Origin: an uncultured Poribacteria bacterium
GTDB taxonomy: Bacteria > Poribacteria > WGA-4E > WGA-3G
DNA: 64,000 nt
Reading direction: 5' to 3'
Assembly: GCA_958296135.2 (NCBI GenBank)
Contig: CATQHZ020000001.1
Coordinates: forward strand, 2,496,001 to 2,560,000
Part shown: positions 1 through 7,899 of the stretch, one piece after another
Numbering within the stretch: the first letter of the stretch is position 1
How the letters are laid out: every line of letters begins with the position of its first letter
Notes under the pieces: model-generated
What the model was told of the DNA's origin: nothing
The model's input: the letters and a program-made list of their open reading frames with translations, nothing else
Database searches by the model: none
Program-made: the position numbers and the translations under genes

Positions 1-711
1 ACAGGAGCGCGCGACAAAGTAGTAGACATGAAAGAGCTCTTCATTGACATCGGCGCGGAAAGCAGCGAACAGGCAACGGAGGAATTCAGCGTGCTGCCGG
101 GATGCCCCATCGCTCCCTACGGGCCCTTCCAACCGATGAAAAACAGCAAACTGTTCGCCGCTAAAGCGTTTGATAACCGCGTCGGGGTCGCGCTGGTAAT
201 CGAAACGCTTTTAAGCATCCCAGAAGAACATCCGAACACCGTTATCGGCACCGGAAGCGTGCAGGAAGAAATCGGATTACGTGGTGCCAAAACGGTAACC
301 GCAAGCGTGCAACCCGACATCGCAATCGTGCTTGAGGGACCGCCTGCAGACGATACCCCCGGATTGGATAGCGAGGCCGTGCAGGGAAAACTTGGCGGCG
401 GTGTGCAAATTCGACTCTACGACCCTTCCATGGTAGTCAATCCGAAATTGGGAGAATTTGTCATCGAAACAGCGAAACGGCACCAGATTCCGTATCAAAT
501 CGCCGTGCGCCAATCCGGCGGCACCGACGGCGGTTCGATTCATCAAATCGGAGCGGGCGTGCCATCAATCGTGCTCGGCGTGCCAGCGCGCTACGTGCAT
601 AGCCACGTCTCTATCATCAACATTGACGACTATGCCGCGACGTTGCAACTGCTTGCGCACCTCGTCCGAGAAATAGATACCTCGGTTGTGGAGGGATTTT
701 TGTTCGCGTAG
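1..711 (+). CDS. M42 family metallopeptidase (5' truncated by window edge)
   Basis: Frame open from base 1; motifs KAFDNRVG, VQEEIGLRGA, GGTDGG, RYVHS. Confidence 0.9.
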   Translation, partial: TGARDKVVDMKELFIDIGAESSEQATEEFSVLPGCPIAPYGPFQPMKNSKLFAAKAFDNRVGVALVIETLLSIPEEHPNTVIGTGSVQEEIGLRGAKTVTASVQPDIAIVLEGPPADDTPGLDSEAVQGKLGGGVQIRLYDPSMVVNPKLGEFVIETAKRHQIPYQIAVRQSGGTDGGSIHQIGAGVPSIVLGVPARYVHSHVSIINIDDYAATLQLLAHLVREIDTSVVEGFLFA

Positions 712-730
712 CCGCCACGGAGGATAAACA

Positions 731-1561
731 ATGACTTTACCGAAAATCTCGTTCTGTCATCACCAGATCAGCAAGCTGCTCATTGGCGATAACCCGATTT
801 ACGGCTATTCGCACTTTAACCAACTGCTATCGCAGCATCAGCAGGAATATCACACGCCGGCGCGCGTCGTCGCAACGCTCAAGCGAGCCGAAGAAGTCGG
901 CATTAACGGCTGGCAGAACAGCCTCACCGAACGCTCACTAGCTGACCTGACGCGCTACCGCGAGGAAGGCGGCACGATGAACTGGTTCTGCCTCAGCAGG
1001 AGCTCGGACTGGTACCACGAACCCGAACTGGTTTTTGAGGCAGCGAAGCACAACCCACTCGGCATGGCACCACACGGCGGCGGCGTGGGACAGCGATGCC
1101 TCCGAGAAAATAGACTCGAGCTGCTGCAGGATATCCTCAAACGGATTCGCGACACCGGATGCCTCGTCGGCTTGTCAGTGCATGACCCGAGACTCTTGCA
1201 CATCGCCGAAGACGAAGCGTGGGACCTTGACTACTACATGACCGGGCTCTATAACCTCCACGGCGGACAAGAAAAGTTCACGGAGAAGTTCGGATACGCA
1301 CCCCTCGGCGAAATCTATGCACGCGAAGACCGGGATGCAATGTGTGAAGCGATACAGCGAACCGATAAACCGTGCATCGTTTTCAAGGTGCTTGCCGCCG
1401 GACGGACGATCGGCAGTCCCGAGCAAATCCGCACCGAAATCAAATTCGCGATCGACCATATCAAACCGACCGATCCGCTTTTACTCGGCATGTACCAGCA
1501 ATTCGGCGACCAGGTCGGCGAAAACGCGGCGTTGATTACGGAACTTTGCCAGGAGATATGA
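731..1561 (+). CDS. Hypothetical aldo/keto-reductase-like TIM-barrel protein
   Basis: ISKLLIGDNP N-terminus, FKVLAAGR near C-terminus; SD GAGG upstream; adjacent to an AKR. Confidence 0.6.
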   Translation: MTLPKISFCHHQISKLLIGDNPIYGYSHFNQLLSQHQQEYHTPARVVATLKRAEEVGINGWQNSLTERSLADLTRYREEGGTMNWFCLSRSSDWYHEPELVFEAAKHNPLGMAPHGGGVGQRCLRENRLELLQDILKRIRDTGCLVGLSVHDPRLLHIAEDEAWDLDYYMTGLYNLHGGQEKFTEKFGYAPLGEIYAREDRDAMCEAIQRTDKPCIVFKVLAAGRTIGSPEQIRTEIKFAIDHIKPTDPLLLGMYQQFGDQVGENAALITELCQEI

Positions 1562-1574
1562 TGGAGGACGAAAA

Positions 1575-2558
1575 ATGGAAAGACGCACTTGTGGGGAATC
1601 CGGAATCGAAATCTCACCGATGGGCATCGGATGCTGGGCATACGGCGGCGGTGACTACTGGGGGCCGCAAGCACAATCCGATGTCACCGAAGTAGCGCAC
1701 GCGGCACTGGACGCAGGCATCAATTTCTTTGATACGGCGGAAGGCTATAACGACGGCAGAAGCGAAGAAGCACTCGCAATCGCGCTCAAAGGGAGACGAC
1801 ACGAGGCAGTCATCGGCACGAAGGTGAGCACGCCTAACCCGGCCACCATCCGAGAGCACTGCGAAGCCAGCCTCCGCCGACTGCAGACAGACTACGTCGA
1901 CATCTATATGATTCACTGGCCGCACGAAGAATTCGCCATTGAAAAAAGCATGGAGGTGTTAACGCGCCTCCGGGAAGATGGGCTTATCCGAGCCATCGGC
2001 GTAAGCAACTTCGGCGTGGGACAGCTGAAAGACACCATCGACACCGGCGCATCCATCGCCGTGAATCAACTTTGCTATAACCTTTTGTCGCGCGCAATAG
2101 AACCCGAACTCCTTCCGCTCTGCAAGCAATACAACATCGGTATCTTAGGATACATGCCGTTGTTGCAAGGAATTTTGACCGGCAAATATAGGAACGTCGA
2201 TGAGATTCCGCCGGTGCACTCGCGGTTTCGCCATTTTGGCGCAGACCGGCCGAACGCCTCACACGGCGAGAAAGGCGCGGAGGAAGAGATGTTCGAGACG
2301 CTAGAACGCATCCGAAGCATCGCTGAAGCGGAACAGGTGCCGATGAGCAAGCTCGCGATCGCCTGGGCGATGGCGAAACCGGGAATTACGTGCATGCTCG
2401 TTGGCACACGGAATGTCGGCGAACTAGAACAGAACCTGCACGCCGTTGAATACTCGCCTGCCGCCGAGGTGATTGAAAGCCTGGACAAGGTGACTGAACC
2501 GCTCTTGGAGAAAATGGGCGCGAACCCGGACTATTTCACCGGTGGGAAAATCCGATAA
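1575..2558 (+). CDS. Aldo/keto reductase
   Basis: GINFFDTAEGY, TK, LQTDYVDIYMIHWP, IRAIGVSNF, YMPLLQGILTGK. Confidence 0.95.
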   Translation: MERRTCGESGIEISPMGIGCWAYGGGDYWGPQAQSDVTEVAHAALDAGINFFDTAEGYNDGRSEEALAIALKGRRHEAVIGTKVSTPNPATIREHCEASLRRLQTDYVDIYMIHWPHEEFAIEKSMEVLTRLREDGLIRAIGVSNFGVGQLKDTIDTGASIAVNQLCYNLLSRAIEPELLPLCKQYNIGILGYMPLLQGILTGKYRNVDEIPPVHSRFRHFGADRPNASHGEKGAEEEMFETLERIRSIAEAEQVPMSKLAIAWAMAKPGITCMLVGTRNVGELEQNLHAVEYSPAAEVIESLDKVTEPLLEKMGANPDYFTGGKIR

Positions 2559-2574
2559 ACGGAGGACCTGATGC

Positions 2575-3453
2575 ATGACACTCAAATTTAACAAAGACCT
2601 CGGGAGCCCGTTGGCAACGTCAGCGGCAGACCTCACGCAAACCAACGCCGATGGCGCGCCGGTCGTACCACTGACGCAAGAGCAGAAATACCTGTTTGAT
2701 AAAAACGGGTGGCTCTTAATCCCAGGCGTGCTGACAGATTCCGAGGTTGAAGAGATGCGCGACTTTTGCTATCGGCTGCAGCGCGCCCCGGAGACAATCC
2801 CACAACATCACCGCTCCACCTACGGCGGCCCACTGGAGAAACTCACCGATCATCCGGTCGTTGTCGCATTCGGCAACGAATTCCTCGCATCGCCCTATCT
2901 AGCCTCTGAGACATGCTACGGGTTCCGCATGGAGATGAGTTTTCTGGCACTCCGCTCCACATCCGACGAAACGCCTTTCAAATTCCACGCGCACAACGGC
3001 AACGGAATGCTGCGGATGCCGGGCGACTGCCACGAATACCACTGCCTCCCCGGGCAAGCCTATAGCGGGTTGACGCGCGTGGTGTGGGAGCTCAACCCGG
3101 TTAAAAAAGGCGATGGCGGGACAATGTTCATCACCGGAAGCCACAAAGCCGCCTATACCGCACCTGAGGGCGCGCATACGCAAGACTGGGAGTTCTGGGA
3201 TACCTACTCCTGTCCCCCCGGGTCTGTCATTATCTTCACGGAGGCGACTACGCACAGCGGCCAGCCGTGGCGCAACCCGAACACCGATAGAGTCGCGGTT
3301 TTCAACGCCTATAACTCCGTCGATAAACGGTGGAGCTTATCAAAACCGCCGAAGGCACTGTTGGAATCGATGCCGCCAAAACGGCAGACGCTTTTCCGAG
3401 ACGCTTATGTGAAAGGCAACGTGACCGGCACAAAGTTTAATATGGCTCTGTAG
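2575..3453 (+). CDS. Phytanoyl-CoA dioxygenase (PhyH) family protein
   Basis: QKYLFDKNGWL, GDGGTMFITGSHK, GSVIIFTEATTHSG..W. Confidence 0.85.
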   Translation: MTLKFNKDLGSPLATSAADLTQTNADGAPVVPLTQEQKYLFDKNGWLLIPGVLTDSEVEEMRDFCYRLQRAPETIPQHHRSTYGGPLEKLTDHPVVVAFGNEFLASPYLASETCYGFRMEMSFLALRSTSDETPFKFHAHNGNGMLRMPGDCHEYHCLPGQAYSGLTRVVWELNPVKKGDGGTMFITGSHKAAYTAPEGAHTQDWEFWDTYSCPPGSVIIFTEATTHSGQPWRNPNTDRVAVFNAYNSVDKRWSLSKPPKALLESMPPKRQTLFRDAYVKGNVTGTKFNMAL

Positions 3454-3465
3454 ATTCGGAACCAG

Positions 3466-3582
3466 TAGGCGAGCCCTCCCGGTCTCGATGGCTTGTAGGA
3501 GAAACCTCCCGCGTCTCGATGGCCTTGTAGGAGAGCCCTCCCGGTCTCGATGGCTTGTAGGAGAAATCTCCCGCGTCTCGAT
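3466..3582 (+). repeat. Tandem array of four ~30-32 bp GTAG-headed REP-like units
   Basis: gtagg(a/c)ga(g/a)(c/a)(c/t)ctccc(gc)gtctcgat x4; same family at 15782 and 45029-45158. Confidence 0.85.
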
Positions 3583-3645
3583 CCGAAGTGTCAGGAAAAG
3601 CCCCATTCCGATTAAGGAACGGTCTATAGCAGGAGAATCAAAATC

Positions 3646-4470
3646 ATGACACCGAAACAACGATATCTATTTGACGTAACCGGCTACCTCCACTTAGAAA
3701 ACGTCATTACCGGCGATGCCTTAGCCGAGGCAACCGAAGCGGTGGATAGATATATCACGACACCACCCGATCAACTGCCACCGGGATTTGAAGTGAAGGG
3801 GCTACATCAGCACGGGTTCGCCTTTGACAAATCGCTGGAGGGCTTAACCATGCATGCCGCGACCTGGCCGATTATTAAGGAATTCACGGCGAATCAACCG
3901 CGGTTCGCGCGCGGCTCACTGAAACACGATAAGCACGCCCTGTGGGAACCAGGCGAACACGCACGGGTAAATCCGGGCGGATTGCACTGCGCACGCGATG
4001 ACTACGGATGGTATAGCACCCGCTACGAGGTAGACAATGGGCGCATCTATTGCGACAACTTCGTCTGCTTCACCTATTTCACCGACGTGCAACCGGGCGA
4101 CGGCGGGCTTATCGTGATCCCCGGTTCGCATAAAAGCGAGTTCACCCGGCCCGAAACTTTGCTCACGCTTGATGAAGAGGACGGCATCGATCCTGTCGAT
4201 AACCCGGTTTTCACCAACATCACGCCGAAGGCAGGGGATATTGTGATTATTTCAGAACTGCTCACGCACGGCGTGCTGCGATGGAAGCCGAAGGACAGAG
4301 ACCGGCGGTTCCTCGTGCTGCGTTATTATCCGCAATACGCTGGCAGACACAACCTCCCGCAACCCATTCTGGACCGGCTTTCGCCAGAGACGTTGGAATT
4401 AGTTGAATCCGCGCCGTATGGGCATATCAAGGAGATTGTGAAAAGCGATGAGGTGACGTTGACGGTGTAA
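3646..4470 (+). CDS. Phytanoyl-CoA dioxygenase (PhyH) family protein
   Basis: QRYLFDVTGYL, GLH, GDGGLIVIPGSHK, SELLTHGVLRW. Confidence 0.85.
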   Translation: MTPKQRYLFDVTGYLHLENVITGDALAEATEAVDRYITTPPDQLPPGFEVKGLHQHGFAFDKSLEGLTMHAATWPIIKEFTANQPRFARGSLKHDKHALWEPGEHARVNPGGLHCARDDYGWYSTRYEVDNGRIYCDNFVCFTYFTDVQPGDGGLIVIPGSHKSEFTRPETLLTLDEEDGIDPVDNPVFTNITPKAGDIVIISELLTHGVLRWKPKDRDRRFLVLRYYPQYAGRHNLPQPILDRLSPETLELVESAPYGHIKEIVKSDEVTLTV

Positions 4471-4508
4471 GGTGTATGCGCGGACCGCCCCGCGCACACC
4501 TTTTCATC
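4469..4508. repeat. Palindromic dispersed repeat (aaggtgtatgcgcgg..ccgcgcacaccttttcatc)
   Basis: Near-identical copy at 6397-6435; related inverted copy near 10133-10173; lies between convergent genes and may act as a terminator. Confidence 0.75.
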
Positions 4509-4579
4509 TACCGCCGCCCCGGCACAGAGACTTGTGCGGGAGTGCATCTTGTATCGCGAATACAACAGTTAATAGGGTA

Positions 4580-5629
4580 TTACTCCTCGCGCTTCAACTC
4601 GCCCCACTGTGCAGGAAACTGGCCCGCAGCAGAAACTGGTAGATACAGCGGCACCCAATCCGGCGAAAACTCTCTATAAGGCGTATCGGTGAGCTGCACA
4701 ATCTTGCCACTCGCACGATGATACCGATAAATATCAAAATTCTGAATCGGTAACTGGTCTAACAACCTATCTTCCGCCGCAACGAAAAGAATCTGTGTGC
4801 CCCCTGCCGCCCAACACGCATCACTGACTAGCCATGTCTCTGGAATCTTCAGAACGTTTGGATGTCTGCCGTGCTTGTCCACCACAATGAGTTTATTGGA
4901 GACGCGCAGCGGTTTCGCCGGATCGAACTGATATTCAATTTCAGCATACATCAAGTGTTGCCCATCCGGTGACCAGCACTGTGTGTAACGCGAAATCAGA
5001 TGTTCGCCAACAAGATGCGGCTGGGGGCCTTTGAGAAAAGGCCGCGGGCGGTTCCCTTCAATATCAACGATGTAGATATGGCGGCCGTTTGCACCGACAT
5101 GTTGATAAGCGATATGATGCCCATCCGGTGACCAATTCGGCGCGGAGGAGAACCCTGCTGCCCGCGCCGTTTTCGTGAGTTGTCTCAGCTCCCCACTTGC
5201 AACCTCCAGAATGTAAATCTCGAAATTGCCACCGCGGTTGCTTGTAAAGGCAATGTGTCGCCCATCGGGGGCCCAGGTGGGAGACCCGTCCAACTTTGGA
5301 TGGTGCGTGAGGCGCCGTTCATTGCTGCCATCAGCATCCATGAGGAAGATGTCAAATTGTTGGCCTTGTGCAGAGCGTAAGTCGCGCTCAAAAACGATGC
5401 GGCTGCCATCCGGAGACCAACGGGGGAGATACTCCCTCAGCGGCGTGTTGGTAAGTGGTGTGACAGTGCTGCCATCATCATTCATCACGTAGATGTCGCA
5501 GTTGCCATCGCGCGTGGAGTAGAAGACAATCGCGGCGAAGGCATGCGCCGCAGGAAGCAGCATGAAAACGAGCACGAGGCACGCCGCTGCACAGCCGGAT
5601 GCTGTCCTGTCTCTGTAAGTTAACATCAC
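4580..5629 (-). CDS. Secreted TolB-like (PD40 repeat) beta-propeller protein with C-terminal WGxLK tail
   Basis: Signal peptide; repeated P-x-W-S/A-P-D-G; ends LPVSAAGQFPAQWGELKREE. Confidence 0.85.
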   Translation of the reverse strand: MMLTYRDRTASGCAAACLVLVFMLLPAAHAFAAIVFYSTRDGNCDIYVMNDDGSTVTPLTNTPLREYLPRWSPDGSRIVFERDLRSAQGQQFDIFLMDADGSNERRLTHHPKLDGSPTWAPDGRHIAFTSNRGGNFEIYILEVASGELRQLTKTARAAGFSSAPNWSPDGHHIAYQHVGANGRHIYIVDIEGNRPRPFLKGPQPHLVGEHLISRYTQCWSPDGQHLMYAEIEYQFDPAKPLRVSNKLIVVDKHGRHPNVLKIPETWLVSDACWAAGGTQILFVAAEDRLLDQLPIQNFDIYRYHRASGKIVQLTDTPYREFSPDWVPLYLPVSAAGQFPAQWGELKREE

Positions 5630-5651
5630 AATTTTCCTCCTGACTTAAGAG

Positions 5652-5684
5652 GCTGTCTAGGGAGGGGCGGCCCCCCTAGACAGC
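5652..5684. terminator. Strong hairpin after the pseudogene (possible terminator or processing stem)
   Basis: gctgtctaggg...ccctagacagc inverted repeat; no U-tract on the minus strand. Confidence 0.4.
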
Positions 5685-5688
5685 GGTT

Positions 5689-5956
5689 TTAGTCTCGGCG
5701 GATCATAAATTCCCAGGTATCGTGCACCTCAACGGCAAACACCTCGCGATCATGAAACCGGAGCGCGGTATACGCGTCAATGAGATATCCCCCCGGGTCG
5801 AGCCCGCGACAGCTTGCGCCTTGCAAACCATCAAGATAGAGCGATAGGGGTGGCAAACAGACTCACCAAAACCAGCAAACCGATTCCCGCAAGGCACACT
5901 GTCCATGCGCCGCTTCTCGTCCCCGTGCGCGGGGAATTCAACAATGTCCTAAACAT
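5689..5956 (-). pseudogene. Internally deleted, frameshifted paralog of the secreted protein at 10181-10687
   Basis: N-term MFRTLLNSPRTGTRSGAWTV matches MFRTFFSFPRTGTKRGAWTV and stops at 5831; another frame gives GLDPGGYLIDAYTALR..., resembling ELDPGDEFTLSAYTRV. Confidence 0.7.
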
Positions 5957-6160
5957 CTTTCTCCTCCTTATGAGAAAGGGCAGAAGGTGATACCCCATTT
6001 CAGATATCCAAACCACTTGGACTTTCAAGGCACCATACCTCCCACGCGCGCTTAACTCTAATTATACCCTCCGAGGCATAAAAATTAAGGCCCTTTGCCA
6101 CTTTTTTTCACAATATTCGCGGTTTTTCCTCGAAAAAAGCGCAAATCGGGCAAAATCTGA
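5957..6160 (-). promoter_or_regulatory. Conserved promoter + structured leader, copy 1
   Basis: -35 CTTAAT (6084-6089), 17 nt spacer, -10 TATAAT (6061-6066); leader with GTCCAAG-NGG-TTTGGAT hairpin; homologous to the copies at ~7.7 and ~10.7 kb. Confidence 0.8.
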
Positions 6161-6300
6161 TAGAAAAGTTGAACTTCTCCGGAAATTCTTCCGAAAAATC
6201 ATCGCATTCCTGAAAGGCGCGTACAGAAACTCGCGTAGACTGGGAAGCGGGCAGCCGCCGCGCCAACAAGCACTCCAGCTGCCCGGTATATCTTTACGCC

Positions 6301-6389
6301 TCAGTCCTGAAACGGAGACAACTGCGCCTTTAATATCCCCAACACCTCATGGTAGATTTGGGTCACGCGCGGCGCAGAGATATCCAACT
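6301..6389 (-). pseudogene. 3' relic (region 4.2) of a second copy of the sigma factor gene
   Basis: 89 nt matching 7900-7988 with 2 mismatches; encodes LDISAPRVTQIYHEVLGILKAQLSPFQD*. Confidence 0.9.
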
Positions 6390-6433
6390 CCTTGGAAGGT
6401 GTATGCGCGGGCCGCTCCGCGCACACCTTTTCA

Positions 6434-7075
6434 TCAGTGAGAAAATGCCCTCGCACGCGAGGCGGCTGCCTTATCAGCCTGTGCACTCTTAAGAGATTTG
6501 AGCGTCTCTTCATGGGGCCACAGGGAGTAAGTTGCCTCATAGAGGGCTATCTCTTCGTCAAGAGTGATGACCTCCCCCAATTGCAATTTCAGACTTATGT
6601 CCACATTCGTGTGCACTGCCGGGATATCGCCAAACTGCTTGATGAGTTGTGCGCGACGAGCCTCTGCCCGCTCATACGGATCGGCAATCTCAAACCACAC
6701 TTTTGGCGGTGGGCCTTCTGCCTCTTCGGATTCGTGTGAGTGGATTTGAGGCCACGGCTCCACTTCATGGGTATGGGAGTGCTGTGTATCGTCTCGCCAA
6801 TCAACGTCAACATCAGCATCGTCCTCATGAGTGTGCGGATGCACGGAGGTATCAGCAGCTGCAGCCGCCCCTTCCGCCACTCCCGTCTCTTTGGAGGACT
6901 CTTCCGCGTCCTCCACGTCCAGAGGTTTGGAACGCGCAGACTCATTCTGCTGTTCAACCGGCTCTGGCACTTGAGGCAGGCTCTTATCAAAATCCTTTTT
7001 CGCCACCTCAAAGTAAATCTGAAATCCGGCTATCAGCAGCACGAGGACGATGGCCGGTAAAATGAGGTTACGCAT
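6434..7075 (-). CDS. Hypothetical N-terminally anchored/secreted protein with acidic, His-rich linker
   Basis: Hydrophobic N-terminus; HPHTH, HSHTH, HSH motifs; SD AGGAG upstream. Confidence 0.75.
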   Translation of the reverse strand: MRNLILPAIVLVLLIAGFQIYFEVAKKDFDKSLPQVPEPVEQQNESARSKPLDVEDAEESSKETGVAEGAAAAADTSVHPHTHEDDADVDVDWRDDTQHSHTHEVEPWPQIHSHESEEAEGPPPKVWFEIADPYERAEARRAQLIKQFGDIPAVHTNVDISLKLQLGEVITLDEEIALYEATYSLWPHEETLKSLKSAQADKAAASRARAFSH

Positions 7076-7100
7076 TTTTTGACTCCTTCTCAAGATTGTG

Positions 7101-7333
7101 CCCAGTAGCAGAGAGCAGTGGGCCCTGGTTGTCCAGGGCCCACTTGCCTACACTTTTAAGACCAAATTAATTTGCTGGTTTGAGATGTCCAGCCCTCAAC
7201 CTAGGCGAGAATTGGAAGTCTCGCACTACAGGGTGAGAGCAACGCGCAGCTCACACATTAATTTGGTATCAGGTTGTGTCCAATAGCGGAGGCAGTGGGC
7301 CCTCCGTTTGCCAAGGGGCCCTTGCCTACACTT
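7101..7333 (-). repeat. Two direct copies of a ~54 bp hairpin (7101-7155, 7280-7333)
   Basis: cca(g/a)tagc..gcagtgggccct..gggccc(a)cttgcctacactt in both copies. Confidence 0.75.
7161..7267. ncRNA. Candidate multibranch structured RNA
   Basis: 11-bp perfect closing stem accaaattaat/attaatttggt enclosing three hairpins; family not recognised. Confidence 0.45.
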
Positions 7334-7344
7334 ACGCGCCGAAA

Positions 7345-7638
7345 CTAACTGTCGCAGCTGTCACAATCGCCTGCAACGGTTTCTCGGATCGACTGATAGT
7401 CCAGTCTGCGCGTAACATCATGAACAACCGGATGCGCGCTTCCCGTTTTGTCATCCGGCGTGCTGGTCGAAGTCCAGCGGCGGAAAAACGAGACGCACTC
7501 GGTCCCACTCGCAGTTGTACATGTGTAACTCCGAGAGTGCAGTACAACTTCGTAGGGATTGGACTCGGATGGACTGCTGAAAATAGCCAGCATGGCAAAA
7601 GCCACCAGCAGCCCTAGCGTCAAAACTCGGATTCTCAT
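7345..7638 (-). CDS. Small secreted protein (97 aa, 4 Cys, C-terminal CDSC)
   Basis: Signal peptide MRIRVLTLGLLVAFAMLAIFSSPSES; downstream of promoter copy 2. Confidence 0.7.
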   Translation of the reverse strand: MRIRVLTLGLLVAFAMLAIFSSPSESNPYEVVLHSRSYTCTTASGTECVSFFRRWTSTSTPDDKTGSAHPVVHDVTRRLDYQSIRETVAGDCDSCDS

Positions 7639-7694
7639 TTTTCTTCTCCGCAACAGTTCCTTCAAGGAGTATTCTATAGATTCTCCCCAAAGGG

Positions 7695-7875
7695 AAGGGT
7701 GGAGGTTAATTCCCCATCTCGGATATCCAAACCGCTTGGACTTTCGAGGCACCATACCTCCCACGCGCGCTTAACTCCAATTATACCCTCCGAGGCATAA
7801 AAATTAAGGCCCTTTTTCACTTTTTTCACAATAGGTGCGTTTTTTCACGAAAAAACGCATATCGGGCAAAAAATG
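7695..7875 (-). promoter_or_regulatory. Conserved promoter + structured leader, copy 2
   Basis: CTTAAT (7803-7808)-N17-TATAAT (7780-7785); same leader hairpin. Confidence 0.8.
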
Positions 7876-7899
7876 GAAGAAACCTGCCCGGCACCCACC

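Noticed and set aside
3466-3582. Possible CRISPR array (also 45027-45158)
   Set aside because: Units are head-to-tail with no unique spacers, no cas genes are present, and they match the dispersed GTAG REP family
5957-6028. Leader-encoded N-terminal extension from TTG 6028 using GGAGGT as SD
   Set aside because: The TTG is TCG or TCA in the other two copies, so it is not conserved
6301-6389. DGR template/variable repeat pair with the sigma 3' end
   Set aside because: Only two mismatches, no adenine-specific pattern can be supported, and no RT gene is present
7161-7267. Retron msr-msd, tRNA or MITE
   Set aside because: No reverse transcriptase in the window, no tRNA D/T-loop consensus or CCA, and no target-site duplication; kept only as an unclassified structured element
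7101-7333. Integron attC sites
   Set aside because: No RYYYAAC/GTTRRRY core ends and no integrase in the window
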